NCBI GenBank assembly: GCA_963703955.1
Contig: CAVPGK010000012.1
Span: forward strand, 32,001 to 96,000
Reading direction: 5' to 3'
Origin: Nitrospirota bacterium
GTDB taxonomy: Bacteria > Nitrospirota > Nitrospiria > Nitrospirales > Nitrospiraceae
DNA: 64,000 nucleotides
Shown: positions 63,948 through 64,000 of the stretch, in pieces
How positions within the stretch are numbered: the first letter of the stretch is position 1
How the letters are laid out: every line of letters begins with the position of its first letter
The notes under the pieces: generated by a model
The model's input: the letters and a program-made list of their open reading frames with translations, nothing else
What the model was told of the DNA's origin: nothing
The model's database searches: none
Translations under genes and position numbers: made by a program

Positions 63948-64000
63948 CCGGCACCTCAAGACACGAAAGGATTACATTTTACCCTTCCTCTTGTTTGCCC

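Noticed and set aside
63972..64000. C-terminal end of a minus-strand gene upstream of the terminator
   Set aside because: Under 10 codons visible and two frames are possible, so it cannot be identified

Overview
Chromosomal window of a GC-rich bacterium. Gene content points to a nitrite-oxidising Nitrospira-like organism (Nitrospirota); this is an inference from Pup ending in GGE, EbdC-type heme-b subunits beside a TorD-like chaperone, pentaheme cytochromes and a PEP-CTERM protein. (1) 1-17.1 kb is mostly housekeeping: HDAC-family deacetylase, pepF, bfd with a Fur-box-like promoter, acyl-CoA ligase, rel, recJ, an orphan pup, K+-independent hppA and an ArnT-type transferase. (2) 17.1-36.1 kb is an all-plus-strand accessory block: cupin, GH15, alpha/beta hydrolases (two real pseudogenes), a di-heme peroxidase-like protein, Dyp, a DUF5996/zf-UBP deletion scar, a sigma54-driven small ORF, an RND pump, pgm, ppa and an SDR. 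(3) 36.5-56 kb holds the most interesting locus, a minus-strand cluster that looks like an assembly/electron-transfer module for a periplasmic type II DMSO-reductase-family molybdoenzyme, probably nitrite oxidoreductase. It encodes an HExxH/Zn-finger protein, a NapF/G-like ferredoxin, a TorD-like chaperone, two EbdC-like subunits, a cobalamin-dependent radical SAM enzyme, a membrane protein, TPR, TatA, NHL propeller, PDZ protein and two pentaheme cytochromes. A WD40 protein and a PAS kinase/sigma54 activator pair with an unusual 4-Cys insert flank it. (4) 56-64 kb is mobA-GT9-argS-tgt-yajC-secD-secF. Many single-base indels, including in argS, tgt and secF, look like sequencing/assembly errors. 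I saw no CRISPR array, rRNA, canonical tRNA or transposase. All family calls come from motif recognition by eye, not from database searches.
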